Assembly: GCF_040219535.1 (NCBI RefSeq)
Contig: NZ_JAVJSH010000002.1
Location: forward strand, 16,370-80,369
DNA from: Botrimarina sp.
GTDB taxonomy: Bacteria > Planctomycetota > Planctomycetia > Pirellulales > Lacipirellulaceae
Direction: 5' to 3'
DNA: 64,000 nt
Shown: piece by piece, positions 1-9,952 of the stretch
Position numbering within the stretch: position 1 is the first letter of the stretch
Layout: each line of letters opens with the position of its first letter
Position numbers and translations under genes: made by a program
Notes under the pieces: generated by a model
Database searches by the model: none
Seen by the model: only the letters and a program-made list of their open reading frames with translations
What the model was told of the DNA's origin: nothing

Positions 1-650
1 AGAACCCCGCCGACTCCCCCGTGAGCCGCCTGGACGAGCTCCGCGGCCGCTACGGGCACGCGGACCTGTCGACCGGCTTGGCGCACAAGACGTACGGCTT
101 CTGCGGCGACATCGGCCGCGGCCGCACGGTCCGCTCCCTGGCGATGCTGCTGGCGGACTACCCGGGCGTGAGGCTCGTGTTCGTCACGCCCGACCACCCC
201 GCCCTGCGGATGCGCGACGACCTGCGGCAGCGCCTCGCCGAGCGCGGGGTGCCCGTGCTCGAGGTCGACTCTTTCGAGGCTCCGGTCGATGGCGTTCCGG
301 CCATCGAGGCGATCGACGCCCTCTACATGACGCGTGTCCAGAGAGAGCACGACACGCCGGCCGACCAAGAGTCGCTCGCCCGGCTCGACTTGTCCCCTTA
401 CAAGCTCACCCGGGACCTCGTCGCGCGGATGAAGGCCTACGCGCCGATCCTGCACCCGTTCCCGCGCGACCAGCACTTCGGCGAGATCCCCGCCGAGATC
501 GACTCCGACCCCCGCGCGATGTACTTCCGCCAGGCGCGCAACGGCATGTGGGTCCGCGCGGCGTTGCTGGCCCACCTGCTCGACGCCGACGGCGCGATCG
601 AGCGGTACTTCCACCGCGAGTTCCGCGAACACCACATCTATAGCAGTTGA
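1..650 (+). CDS. pyrB: aspartate carbamoyltransferase catalytic chain, C-terminal portion (5' end outside window)
   Basis: The frame stays open back to base 3. GDIGRGRTVRSL, ILHPFPR and YFRQARNGMWVRAALLAHLL resemble the ATCase Asp-binding domain motifs (GD..GRT..S, HPLPR, Q..NG..R.A.L). Confidence 0.65.
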   Translation, partial: NPADSPVSRLDELRGRYGHADLSTGLAHKTYGFCGDIGRGRTVRSLAMLLADYPGVRLVFVTPDHPALRMRDDLRQRLAERGVPVLEVDSFEAPVDGVPAIEAIDALYMTRVQREHDTPADQESLARLDLSPYKLTRDLVARMKAYAPILHPFPRDQHFGEIPAEIDSDPRAMYFRQARNGMWVRAALLAHLLDADGAIERYFHREFREHHIYSS

Positions 651-736
651 TCCCGACGCTGTGAGTCGCCGCCCTCAGGGCCCGCGGCGCCCGGTTCACG
701 GCGGCCGTGCCCGCCCAGCGCCCCACGACCGAGACC

Positions 737-1480
737 ATGCGCCTGTTGATCGACGGCTACAATCTGCTCCACGCGACCGACTTGTTCGGCGCAGGCGAGC
801 TGGCGGGCACGTTGCGCGGTTCTCGGCAGGCGCTGGTCGATTTCCTCGTGGATCGCCTCTCGCCGGCCGAGCGACGCGACACGTTGATCGTGTTCGACGC
901 GGCCGACGCCCCGCTGGGGCTGCCCGACCGCGCGACCCAAGACGATCTCGACATCCGCTTCGCGCGGGGCTACCCCGACGCGGACGCGATGATCGAGCAC
1001 CTGCTCGAATCGGGGCGGCCGCACCGGGGCCTGACGGTCGTCAGCGGAGACCGCCGCGTGCAACGCGCGGCCCGCTCTGCCGGCGCGGAGTGGGTCGACA
1101 GCCACGAGTGGTTCACCGCGGTCCGCCACCGGCCGGCAGGATCTCCCGACCGCGTCGCGGATCGCCCGACGGCCGACGCCGGCTCGCAAGCCGAGTGGAT
1201 CGCCGAGTTCTCCGACCCGGCGGCTCTGGCCGAAGCGCGCCGCCAAGCGGCAAACGACCCGCTGCCGCCGCCTCGGCCCTCGGCGCCCCCCCCGTCGCCG
1301 GAGCCCCCCAGCGCGCCCCCGGAGCGCCGCCCGCCCCGACGCAAGAAACGGCGCCCCCCGATGGACGACGCGCCGGTGAAACCCGAACAGCCGTTCGGCG
1401 AAGGCCTGTTCGACCCCTTCCCGCCGGGTTACGGCGAGGACCTTCTGCGGCGCGATCCGCGCGGCCGCGGCGAACAGTAG
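737..1480 (+). CDS. YacP-like NYN (PIN-fold) domain protein with Pro/Arg-rich tail
   Basis: The N-terminus MRLLIDGYNLLHA is typical of YacP/NYN proteins. The ATG at 737 lies inside ORF 707..1480. Confidence 0.6.
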   Translation: MRLLIDGYNLLHATDLFGAGELAGTLRGSRQALVDFLVDRLSPAERRDTLIVFDAADAPLGLPDRATQDDLDIRFARGYPDADAMIEHLLESGRPHRGLTVVSGDRRVQRAARSAGAEWVDSHEWFTAVRHRPAGSPDRVADRPTADAGSQAEWIAEFSDPAALAEARRQAANDPLPPPRPSAPPPSPEPPSAPPERRPPRRKKRRPPMDDAPVKPEQPFGEGLFDPFPPGYGEDLLRRDPRGRGEQ

Positions 1481-1683
1481 CCGGCGTGGGCTCGGCCGCG
1501 GCGGCCTAACCGGCACAACCCGCCCGGCGTTCGCGCGGGCTCGAGCGACGCTGGCCGTTATCCGCGTCGACTCTCGTCATCGGATCACGCCGTGCCGCCA
1601 GCGTGACTTACGTTTTCTCACCGCTCCCCAGCCGAGGGGGCGGCCGAGCGAAGTACGCCAGCGGACCGACCGAGGATAGTGCC

Positions 1684-4431
1684 GTGGAAGACAACGAATT
1701 GCTCGCCGACTTCGTCGTCGAGGCGACCGAGCACCTGTCGGATATCGAGAACCAGTTCCTCGCCATCGAGCAGGCCGCACCGGCCGTCGACGTGGGGCTC
1801 GTCAACGAGGTGTTCCGCGCGATCCATTCGATCAAGGGCGCCGCCGGGTTCTTGGGGCTGCGAACGGTCAACGACCTGGCCCACAACCTCGAGAACGTGC
1901 TGAACATGATGCGGAACGAGGAGCTCGCGCCCTCTTCCACGATCGTCGACGACATGCTCAAGGGCGCCGACGCGCTGAAGTGCCTGATCGACGACGTCGA
2001 GAACTCGAATTCCTCCGACGTCTCGGAGCACATCGCGGCGCTCGAAAGGATCGCGGCCGCGGCGATGCGGGCGGGCGACGAAGCCCCCGCGCCGGCCGAA
2101 CAAGCCGCGACACCGGCCGCCACGCCCGCGCCGATCGACCGCACGCCGACCGACGAGGAGCTCGAAGCCGCTATCAACGCGAAGCTGGCCGAAAAGCTGA
2201 GCGCCAAAAAGGCCGCCGCCACGCCGCCGGCCGCAGCGCAAGCCGAACCTGCGGCCGCAGCGCCGACCGCAGCGCAAGCGGAACCGGCGGCCGACCCCAT
2301 CGACGCGGCGAAGACCGACGCGCCCGACAAGGCGCCGAAAGCCGCTCCCGAGGCGCAGATCCGCGTGGCGGTTGGGGTGCTCGACAGCCTGATGAACCTC
2401 GCCGGCGAGCTGGTGCTCAGCCGCAACCAACTGCTGCAGGCCGTCTCGACCCAAGAGAAGAACGGCCTCGAAGCGATCTCGGCGCGGCTGGACCAGATCA
2501 CCAGCGAGCTGCAAGAAGCGATCATGCAGACCCGCATGCAGCAGATCGGCACGGTTTTCGGCCGCTTCCCGCGCGTCGTACGCGACCTGAGCAGCAAGCT
2601 CGGGAAGCAGTGCGAGTTGGTCGTCGAGGGCAAAGAGGTAGAGGTCGACAAGACGATCGTCGAAGCGATCGGCGACCCGCTGACCCACCTGGTGCGCAAC
2701 TCGATCGACCACGGCATCGAGACGCCGGAGGACCGCGAAAAGGCCGGCAAGGCCGCTGCCGGCACGCTCCACCTGAAAGCCTGCTACCAGGCCGGCAAGG
2801 TGCGGATCGAGATCAACGACGACGGCGCCGGCATCGACCCCGCCAAGCTCAAGGCCAAGGCCCTCGCCAAGGGGATCATCACCCCCGAGCAGGCGGAGCA
2901 GATGAGCGACCGCGACGCGATCCGGCTGATCTTCGCGCCGGGCTTCTCCACCGCCGAGAAGGTGACCGACGTGTCGGGCCGCGGCGTCGGGATGGATGTC
3001 GTCCGGACCAACATCGCGAGGCTCGGCGGCACGGTCGACGTGGAGTCGGAGTTGGGACAAGGCTCCAACATCACCGTGACGCTGCCGCTCACGCTGGCGA
3101 TCATCCCATCGCTGATCGTCCAAGTCGGCTGCGACCGCTTCGCGATCCCGCAGGTGAACATCGCCGAGCTCGTGCGTGTGCGGCAGAACGAGCGGGAGGA
3201 AAAGCTCGGCCGCGTCAAGAACGCCGAGGTGCTCCGCCTGCGCGGCCAACTGCTGCCTCTGGTGCGCCTGCGCGAGACGCTGGGCTGCCAGCCCGCCGAG
3301 GGCCGCGTGCAGGGCAACGCGACCGGCGCCACGAACGTGATCGTGGTCGACACGGGCCAGACGCGTTTCGGGCTGGTCGTCGACGCGTTGCACGACTCCG
3401 AGGAGATCGTGGTCAAGCCGCTCGGGCGCCACCACAAGGAGTGCCGCCAACTGGCCGGCGCGACGATCCTCGGCGACGGGCACGTCGCGTTGATCCTGGA
3501 CATCGCGGGGATCGCCGCGGAGGAAGAGTTCCGCAGCGAAGAAGAGCTCAACGAGGCGGAGCAGTCCCCCGAGCGACGCACCGACGAGCAGGTCGACACG
3601 CAGTCGCTGCTGCTGTTCCGCAACAACGAGAAGGACCTGTTCGCGGTGCCGATGGACATCGTCGCCCGCCTCGAGCGGGTCCGCGTCGACCAGATCGACT
3701 CGGTCGCCGGCCGCGAGGTCCTCCAGTACCGCGACGCCACGCTGCCGCTGATGCGGCTGGAGAACTGTATCGCGGCGGGCGTGGGGGACTACGCGGAGAG
3801 CGTGTACGTGGTCGTGTACGAGGTGCGGGGCCGCGAGGTCGGCCTGCTCGCGCCGATCCTGGAGGACATCCGTGAGGTCACCGCGAGCGTCGACACCGCC
3901 ACGTTCCGAGAGCCCGGCGTCATCGGTTCGCTGGTGCTGAACTCGCGGACGGTCCGCCTGATCGACCTGTTCGAGGTCACCCGGCTCTCGCACCCGGACT
4001 GGTTCGCCGGCGACACGCACGACGAGTTCGCCGCGGACGACCCACCACTGATCTTGCTGGCGGAGGACTCCGCGTTTTTCCGCTCGCAGGTGAAGTCGAT
4101 CTTCGAAGAGTCCGGCTACCGCGTCCGCGATTACGAAGACGGCCAACTCGCCTGGGACGCGATGGACTCCCACGGCGAGCCGTTCGACGTCGTCGTGACC
4201 GACATCGAGATGCCGAACATGAACGGGTTCGAACTCTGCGAACGGGTCAAGGCCGACCCACGCTTCGCCGGCACGCCGGTCATCGCACTGACGTCGCTCG
4301 CCGGGTCGGCGGACGTCGAGCGCGGCATCCGAGCCGGCATCGACGATTACCAGATCAAGATGGACCGCGACAAGCTGCTGACCGCCATCCAGAACTTCGC
4401 CGGGTGCGCCGCCCAAGGGAGCCACGCATGA
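1684..4431 (+). CDS. cheA: hybrid chemotaxis histidine kinase CheA (Hpt, dimerisation, HATPase, two CheW-like domains, C-terminal receiver)
   Basis: The Hpt motif is FRAIHSIKGAAGFLG. HATPase N/G boxes are HLVRNSIDHGIE, DDGAGID and GRGVGMDVV. There are two CheW-like segments, and the receiver is ILLAEDS..VVTDIEMPNMNG. The start is set at GTG 1684 behind GAGGA, but the ORF is open from 1603. Confidence 0.85.
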   Translation: MEDNELLADFVVEATEHLSDIENQFLAIEQAAPAVDVGLVNEVFRAIHSIKGAAGFLGLRTVNDLAHNLENVLNMMRNEELAPSSTIVDDMLKGADALKCLIDDVENSNSSDVSEHIAALERIAAAAMRAGDEAPAPAEQAATPAATPAPIDRTPTDEELEAAINAKLAEKLSAKKAAATPPAAAQAEPAAAAPTAAQAEPAADPIDAAKTDAPDKAPKAAPEAQIRVAVGVLDSLMNLAGELVLSRNQLLQAVSTQEKNGLEAISARLDQITSELQEAIMQTRMQQIGTVFGRFPRVVRDLSSKLGKQCELVVEGKEVEVDKTIVEAIGDPLTHLVRNSIDHGIETPEDREKAGKAAAGTLHLKACYQAGKVRIEINDDGAGIDPAKLKAKALAKGIITPEQAEQMSDRDAIRLIFAPGFSTAEKVTDVSGRGVGMDVVRTNIARLGGTVDVESELGQGSNITVTLPLTLAIIPSLIVQVGCDRFAIPQVNIAELVRVRQNEREEKLGRVKNAEVLRLRGQLLPLVRLRETLGCQPAEGRVQGNATGATNVIVVDTGQTRFGLVVDALHDSEEIVVKPLGRHHKECRQLAGATILGDGHVALILDIAGIAAEEEFRSEEELNEAEQSPERRTDEQVDTQSLLLFRNNEKDLFAVPMDIVARLERVRVDQIDSVAGREVLQYRDATLPLMRLENCIAAGVGDYAESVYVVVYEVRGREVGLLAPILEDIREVTASVDTATFREPGVIGSLVLNSRTVRLIDLFEVTRLSHPDWFAGDTHDEFAADDPPLILLAEDSAFFRSQVKSIFEESGYRVRDYEDGQLAWDAMDSHGEPFDVVVTDIEMPNMNGFELCERVKADPRFAGTPVIALTSLAGSADVERGIRAGIDDYQIKMDRDKLLTAIQNFAGCAAQGSHA

Positions 4432-4880
4432 GCCTCGCAACCGCCAAGCCGTCCGCGGCCGATCCAACGCAGTACGCGACGTTCTACGTCGGCGAGCAAC
4501 TGCTGGGCGTCGACATCCGGATGGTCCAGGAGATCAACCGGCAACTCGACATCACACCGGTGCCGGGCGCGTCGCGACACGTGCGCGGAGTGATCAACCT
4601 CCGCGGCGAGGTCGCCACCGTGATCGACCTGCGGAGCGTGCTGGGGCTCCCCCCCGGCGAGACGACGCGCGACACACGCAACCTGATCGTCCACTCCCAA
4701 GGCGAGGCGATCGGCCTGCTGGTCGACCGCATCAGCGACATCCTCACCATCGGGGCCGACCAGGTCAGCCCGCCCCCGTCGAACGTCGATGGGGTAGACG
4801 GCCGGTTCTTCCGTGGCGTGCACACGCTGGAGAAAGACATCTGCGTGCTGCTCGATGTCGAACAAGTGCTCGCTGATTGA
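4428..4880 (+). CDS. cheW: chemotaxis coupling protein CheW
   Basis: A single CheW domain is present ([32 protein letters not shown]). The ATG overlaps the cheA stop (ATGA). Confidence 0.85.
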   Translation: MSLATAKPSAADPTQYATFYVGEQLLGVDIRMVQEINRQLDITPVPGASRHVRGVINLRGEVATVIDLRSVLGLPPGETTRDTRNLIVHSQGEAIGLLVDRISDILTIGADQVSPPPSNVDGVDGRFFRGVHTLEKDICVLLDVEQVLAD

Positions 4881-4917
4881 CCGAGCCCAATCCCTCACCG
4901 CCCGCTGCGCGGTTGCC

Positions 4918-7263
4918 ATGAAGATCCGAACCCGCCTCATCGCCGGATTCCTCGCGTGCGCCGTGGCGCCGCTTCTGGTCGCGTGCGGCGTGGGCTACCT
5001 CTCGGCCGAGTCGGGCCTGGAGAAGCTCCGCGCTCAAGCCACCGAAGACATCCGAGCCCGAAGCGTCGTGTTGCTCGAGCAGCAGCGCTCGCTGAAGCAA
5101 CGGCAGGTCGAGGCCTACTTCGGACACATCCGTGACCAGGCGGTCACGCTGGCCGAGAACCGCATGATCGTCGAGGCGATGCGACGCCTGCCCGGATTCT
5201 TCGATCGCTACGCGGCCTCGATCGTCGCCGAAACCGATCCGGCGGCCTTGCGCGGATCGCTCCGCCAGCACTACACGGACGAGTTCGCCACCACCTACGC
5301 CAAGAGGAACGCAGGCGAGCGCCCGGACGTGGACGCGCTGCTGGAGCAACTCGACGACACGGCAATCGCCCTGCAGCACGCCTACATCGGCGCCACGGAG
5401 AACCCGCTCGGCTCGAAACGCTTGCTCGACGCCGCCGGCGCCGAATCGGACTACGGCCGGTTGCACAACGTCATCCACCCGGTAATCCGGCGCTACTCAG
5501 AGAGGTTCGGCTACCACGACATCTTCCTGGTCGACCCCGGGTCGGGCGACATCGTTTATTCGGTCTCCAAGAAGCCAGACTTCGCTACCTCACTGAACGA
5601 CGGACCCTACGCGGGAACGAATCTCGCTCAGGCATTCCGCCGCGCGGCAGAGGCGTCGCATGGCGAGTTTGCGATCGCGGACTTCGAGCAATACGGTCCT
5701 TCCTGCGAAGCGCCCGCCAGCTTCCTCGCCACCCCGGTGTTCGATGGCGAAGAGCGGCTGGGCGTGCTGGTGTTCCAGCTGCCGGTCGACCGGATCAACC
5801 AGATCATGACGGCCCGCGAGGGGCTGGGAGAAACCGGCGAGTCGCTGCTGGTGGGCCCCGACTCCAAGCTGCGCAGCGACTCCCGCCTGGCCCCCGAGAC
5901 GCACAGCCTCGAGGCGTCGTTCCGCAACCCGGAAGCGGGGGCCGTCCGGAGCCCCGCCGTCGAGGCGGCCATGCGGGGCGAGTCGGGCGCCGAGCTGATG
6001 AACGATTACCGCAACGAACCGACCCTGGTCGCCTACGCGCCGGTCGACGTGCTAGGTCTCCGCTGGGCCATCCTGTCGAAGATGGACACGGCCGAGGCGT
6101 TCGCGTCGGTCGCGACGATCGAGCGCGCCGCCGCGGGGATCGCCAGCGGGCTGCTGTGGACGAGCATCGCGGTGCTCGTGCCGGCGATCGGTGCGGCGCT
6201 GGCTGTCGCGTGGCTCGTGTCCGGGTCGGTCGCGGGGCCGCTGGCGGAGCTCGTCGAGCGGGTCAGGTCGATCGCCCAGGGCGAGGCGGACCTCACGCAG
6301 AGGGTCGAGATCGGCCGGAGCGACGAGTTCGGAGAGCTCGCCGCGTCGTTCAACGCGTTCATCGAGCGGATGCAGAAGATCCTCCGCCAGGTGTCCCAGG
6401 CGAGCGAGTCGCTGAGCGGCCGATCGACCGAACTCACTTCCACCGCGACGACGCTCGCCGCCGGCGCCGAACAGACGGGGTCGCAATCCGCCACGGTCGT
6501 GTCGGCCGCGGAACAGATGTCGCAAGCGATCGCCACCGTCGCCGCGACCAGCGAGCAGATGTCCGCCAACGTGCGCTCGGTCGCCGCCGCCACCGAGGAG
6601 ATGACCACCACGATCAACGAGATCGCCAAGAGCGCCGAGCAGTCGGCCAACGTGGCCGATCAGGCCGCGCGGCTGGCGGAGATCAGCAACGATCGGGTCG
6701 GCGGGCTCGGCGCGTCGGCGGACGAGATCGGCAAGGTTATCGAGGTCATCCAAGACATCGCGGAACAGACGAACCTGCTCGCGCTCAACGCCACGATCGA
6801 GGCGGCCCGCGCGGGCGAAGCCGGCAAGGGGTTCGCCGTCGTCGCGTCGGAGGTCAAGGACCTCGCCAAGCAGACCGCGTCCGCGACCGACGACATCCGC
6901 AAACGGATCGAAGGGATCCAAGCCTCGACGGGCGAGGCCGTCGGGTCGATCCGCGAGATCACCGCGGTCATCACCAACGTGAACGAGGTCGCCCGGACCA
7001 TCGCCGCCGCGGTCGAGGAACAGAGCATCACCACCCGAGAGATCTCGCAGAACGTGTCCCAGGCGGCCGCCGCCACCGACCTGGTGGTCTCCGGCGTGAG
7101 CGATTCGGCGCGGTCCAGCCAGGGCATCTCCCAGAGCATGCTCGGCGTCGACCAGGGGGCCAAGCAGACCGCCGGCGCCGCGACGCAGACCCGGCACGCC
7201 GGCGCCGAGGTCTCGCGGCTAGCCGCCGAACTCCGCACGATTGTTTCGCAGTTCCGCCTCTGA
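4918..7263 (+). CDS. methyl-accepting chemotaxis protein with periplasmic Cache-type sensor, HAMP and MA signalling domain
   Basis: An N-terminal TM helix is followed by a Cache-like region ([18 protein letters not shown]), a second TM helix and a HAMP domain. The highly conserved MCP hairpin [35 protein letters not shown] is present. Confidence 0.9.
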   Translation: MKIRTRLIAGFLACAVAPLLVACGVGYLSAESGLEKLRAQATEDIRARSVVLLEQQRSLKQRQVEAYFGHIRDQAVTLAENRMIVEAMRRLPGFFDRYAASIVAETDPAALRGSLRQHYTDEFATTYAKRNAGERPDVDALLEQLDDTAIALQHAYIGATENPLGSKRLLDAAGAESDYGRLHNVIHPVIRRYSERFGYHDIFLVDPGSGDIVYSVSKKPDFATSLNDGPYAGTNLAQAFRRAAEASHGEFAIADFEQYGPSCEAPASFLATPVFDGEERLGVLVFQLPVDRINQIMTAREGLGETGESLLVGPDSKLRSDSRLAPETHSLEASFRNPEAGAVRSPAVEAAMRGESGAELMNDYRNEPTLVAYAPVDVLGLRWAILSKMDTAEAFASVATIERAAAGIASGLLWTSIAVLVPAIGAALAVAWLVSGSVAGPLAELVERVRSIAQGEADLTQRVEIGRSDEFGELAASFNAFIERMQKILRQVSQASESLSGRSTELTSTATTLAAGAEQTGSQSATVVSAAEQMSQAIATVAATSEQMSANVRSVAAATEEMTTTINEIAKSAEQSANVADQAARLAEISNDRVGGLGASADEIGKVIEVIQDIAEQTNLLALNATIEAARAGEAGKGFAVVASEVKDLAKQTASATDDIRKRIEGIQASTGEAVGSIREITAVITNVNEVARTIAAAVEEQSITTREISQNVSQAAAATDLVVSGVSDSARSSQGISQSMLGVDQGAKQTAGAATQTRHAGAEVSRLAAELRTIVSQFRL

Positions 7264-7295
7264 GACGCCCCACGACCCCGCCACAACCCGATCCG

Positions 7296-8366
7296 ATGCC
7301 AAGCAGGACGCGTTGCTTAGTCGTCGATGACTCGACGCTCTACCGAAAGATTGTCCGCGACGTGCTGAACAGCCTGCCCGACGTGGAGGTGGTCGGCGCC
7401 GCCAGCGACGGCCAGCAAGCCATCGAGCGGATCGACTCGCTGCGCCCGGACCTCGTCACACTCGACCTCGAGATGCCCAGGCTCGATGGCATCGGCGTGC
7501 TCCGAGAGCTCCAGCGGCGCCGCATCGACGTGGCCGCGATCATGGTCAGCGCATTCACCGCCGCCGGCGCGAGGACGACCACCGAGGCGCTGCGGCTCGG
7601 CGCCTTTGACTTCGTCCTCAAGCCATCGACCAACTCGCTCGACGAGAGCGTCGCCCAATTGCGACACGACTTGGGCCCCAAGCTGCGCGCCGCCGCCTGG
7701 CGCAAGCGGACGCCGTCGCCGGCGCCGCAGACGGCGCCGCGCGCGCCCCGCCCCGCCCCGCGCCTGCGTCTGCCCGGCCTGCGACCGGACGTGGTCGCGA
7801 TCGCCGTCTCGACCGGCGGTCCGCAGGCGTTGACCCAGTTGTTGCCGAGGCTGCCGGCGAGCTTCCCGACGCCGGTACTGGTTGTCCAGCACATGCCCCC
7901 GTTGTTCACCAAGAGCCTCGCCGAGGACCTCGACCGGCGCTGCCCACTCACGGTGAGCGAAGCCTCTCAGGGCCAGCCGGTGCGCCGTGGCGAGGTGCTG
8001 ATCGCGCCGGGCGGCAAGCAGATGCGGGTCGCCAAGTCGGCGGCCGGCCCGGTGATTCAACTGACCGACGACCCCCCGGAAAACAACTGCCGCCCCGCGG
8101 CCGACTTCCTATTCCGGTCGGTGGCGTCGGTCTACGGCGCGAAGTCGCTCGGCCTGGTCCTGACCGGCATGGGCGACGACGGCGCGCTGGGCGCCGAGAA
8201 GATGAAACAGGCCGGCGCCGTGATCCTCGCCCAGGACGAGGCTAGCTGCGTCGTCTACGGCATGCCCAGGGCGGTTGTCGACCGCGGGCTGGCCGACGTC
8301 GTCGCGCCGCTGGGGCGGCTGCACGAGCACCTGGCCGCGGCCGCGGCCGGGAGGGCGTTGGCATGA
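7296..8366 (+). CDS. cheB: chemotaxis response regulator protein-glutamate methylesterase CheB
   Basis: The receiver is CLVVDDS..DLVTLDLEMPRLDG. The methylesterase domain is VVAIAVSTGGPQAL..VVQHMPP..GMGDDGA. The upstream part of ORF 6156..8366 overlaps the MCP gene and is not coding. Confidence 0.9.
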   Translation: MPSRTRCLVVDDSTLYRKIVRDVLNSLPDVEVVGAASDGQQAIERIDSLRPDLVTLDLEMPRLDGIGVLRELQRRRIDVAAIMVSAFTAAGARTTTEALRLGAFDFVLKPSTNSLDESVAQLRHDLGPKLRAAAWRKRTPSPAPQTAPRAPRPAPRLRLPGLRPDVVAIAVSTGGPQALTQLLPRLPASFPTPVLVVQHMPPLFTKSLAEDLDRRCPLTVSEASQGQPVRRGEVLIAPGGKQMRVAKSAAGPVIQLTDDPPENNCRPAADFLFRSVASVYGAKSLGLVLTGMGDDGALGAEKMKQAGAVILAQDEASCVVYGMPRAVVDRGLADVVAPLGRLHEHLAAAAAGRALA

Positions 8367-9214
8367 AACCGACACCCGCGGACATCGATGCGGTCTGCAA
8401 GCTCGTCGACGAGCTCTGCGGCATTTACCTCGACACGAGCAAGGACTACCTGATCGAGGGGCGGCTCGCGAAGCTCGTCGCCCGAACCGGCGCGAAGGAC
8501 TACGTGGACTTCGCCCGCCTGACACGGGGCAGCACGAAGCTGCAAACCGACGTGGTCGACGCGATCACCACCAACGAGACCCTGTGGTTCCGCGACAACA
8601 CGCCGTTCGAGGCGCTGCGCTACAAGATCTTTCCGGAGCTGATCGACGCCAAGGCGAAGTCTCCCTTCCCGCGGCGCTTCCGCGTCTGGTCCGCCGCTTG
8701 CAGCACCGGCCAGGAAGCCTTCAGCATCGCGATGGCGTTCGCCGACGCCGTGCCCGACTTCGAGTCCTGGGACTTCCAGGTCTACGGAACGGATATCTCG
8801 CAGGCGGCGGTCGCGCACGCGGAGCGCGGCGAGTACAACGAGCTGGAGATCAGCCGCGGCCTCAGCCAGAAGCACCGAGGCGCGTTCTTCCTCAAAACGC
8901 CCGGCGGATGGCGGATCAACGACGCGCTCCGCCGCCGGTGCCACTTCGAGGTCCGCAACCTGCTGAGGCCGTTCACGAACGTCGGCACCTTCGACCTGAT
9001 CTTCTGCCGGAACGTCGCGATCTACTTCGCGCCGGACGACCGCCGATCGCTCTTCCTGCGATTGGGGCAGACACTCAACCGCGGCGGCTGGCTGTTCACC
9101 GGATCGGGCGAATCGCTGGCCGACCTAGGCCCCAATTGGGCGCCGAAGCAGCACTGCCGCGCGGTCTGTTACCAGCCCAACGGCTGCAACGGCGTGGCGA
9201 CCCTCGCCCGCTGA
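8363..9214 (+). CDS. cheR: chemotaxis protein methyltransferase CheR
   Basis: CheR N-terminal and SAM-binding motifs are present (TNETLWFRD, RVWSAACSTGQEAFSIAM, DLIFCRNVAIYF). The start overlaps the cheB stop (ATGA). Confidence 0.9.
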   Translation: MKPTPADIDAVCKLVDELCGIYLDTSKDYLIEGRLAKLVARTGAKDYVDFARLTRGSTKLQTDVVDAITTNETLWFRDNTPFEALRYKIFPELIDAKAKSPFPRRFRVWSAACSTGQEAFSIAMAFADAVPDFESWDFQVYGTDISQAAVAHAERGEYNELEISRGLSQKHRGAFFLKTPGGWRINDALRRRCHFEVRNLLRPFTNVGTFDLIFCRNVAIYFAPDDRRSLFLRLGQTLNRGGWLFTGSGESLADLGPNWAPKQHCRAVCYQPNGCNGVATLAR

Positions 9215-9290
9215 GCCGCCCCGCGCAGCGTTGCCTCCCGCAGCGCCTCCCCGCGCGGCGCCGCCCCGCGCAACGCCGCCCCGCGGCAGC
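9215..9290. repeat. five tandem copies of a 15-16 nt unit (consensus GCCGCCCCGCGCAAC)
   Basis: Read directly. The units are 9215-9229, 9230-9244, 9245-9259, 9260-9274 and 9275-9290. They exactly fill the gap between the cheR stop and the stop of the convergent ORF 9295..9948. Confidence 0.85.
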
Positions 9291-9294
9291 CGGC

Positions 9295-9948
9295 TCAGAC
9301 GGCCACGGACCTGACGATCGCCTCGGCGGCTCTCACGCTCAACCGCGGCTCGTCCCCGCCGAGGCGGGGCGATTCCCCACGCAGCAACGAGCCGAAGAAG
9401 CGGCCCGCCTCGCGGGCGGCGGTCCGCGGTCGCGACCTGGGCGCAGCGCCGTCGCGAGCGACGACCACGCCCACGAGCACCGCCTCGATCGCTAGGGATT
9501 CGGCGCCGCGGCACGCGGCGACCGCCCAGTCGCTCGCAGCTTGGTCGCCCGTCGCCCGACTCCCGACAAAGGGCGCCGTGGGGATCGGCGGAAGGCCGCC
9601 CAGCGCTCCGCCCAGCTTCGCGCCCGCTGCCTCAGCCGCCATGACCGCCTCGCCGATCGCATGACCACCCGGCGCCACGGCGACCGGCCCCACCACGACC
9701 AGCCGCGAGAACCGATGGGCCGCGAGCAACGCCTCGACGGCCGAGAGAAACGACGGCGCAGCGGCGGCGGTCACCCTCCGCGGCCGCGCCTGCACCACGC
9801 GGCGCCCGAGCCACTCGCCGGACTCGGTGGCGATCGATTTGCCTTCGCGTGTGACCCGCCCCGTCAGCTCGCGGGACAGGTCGGGGCCGTGACAGGCGGA
9901 AACGTCCCAGAAGGCGACGTCGCAACGCTCGGTTGCAATCGGTGGCAT
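9295..9948 (-). CDS. hypothetical protein, third gene of the HTH-REC / histidine kinase operon
   Basis: Third-position GC is strongly biased along the whole ORF. The start lies 4 nt after the kinase stop. I recognise no family motif. Confidence 0.5.
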   Translation of the reverse strand: MPPIATERCDVAFWDVSACHGPDLSRELTGRVTREGKSIATESGEWLGRRVVQARPRRVTAAAAPSFLSAVEALLAAHRFSRLVVVGPVAVAPGGHAIGEAVMAAEAAGAKLGGALGGLPPIPTAPFVGSRATGDQAASDWAVAACRGAESLAIEAVLVGVVVARDGAAPRSRPRTAAREAGRFFGSLLRGESPRLGGDEPRLSVRAAEAIVRSVAV

Positions 9949-9952
9949 AGCG

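Noticed and set aside
1618-4467. 949-aa ORF antisense to cheA, with similar long antisense or out-of-frame ORFs throughout (for example 31212..33050, 33063..34919, 40093..42492, 45107..46864, 59404..60717)
   Set aside because: These are shadow ORFs of the kind expected in a high-GC genome. They have Arg/Gly/Asp/Pro-dominated low-complexity composition and no recognisable motifs, and each fully overlaps a gene with clear family signatures on the other strand or in another frame.
6156-7295. N-terminal 380 codons of the 736-aa ORF that contains cheB
   Set aside because: This part overlaps the MCP gene in another frame and is Arg-rich nonsense. CheB homology begins at the ATG at 7296.
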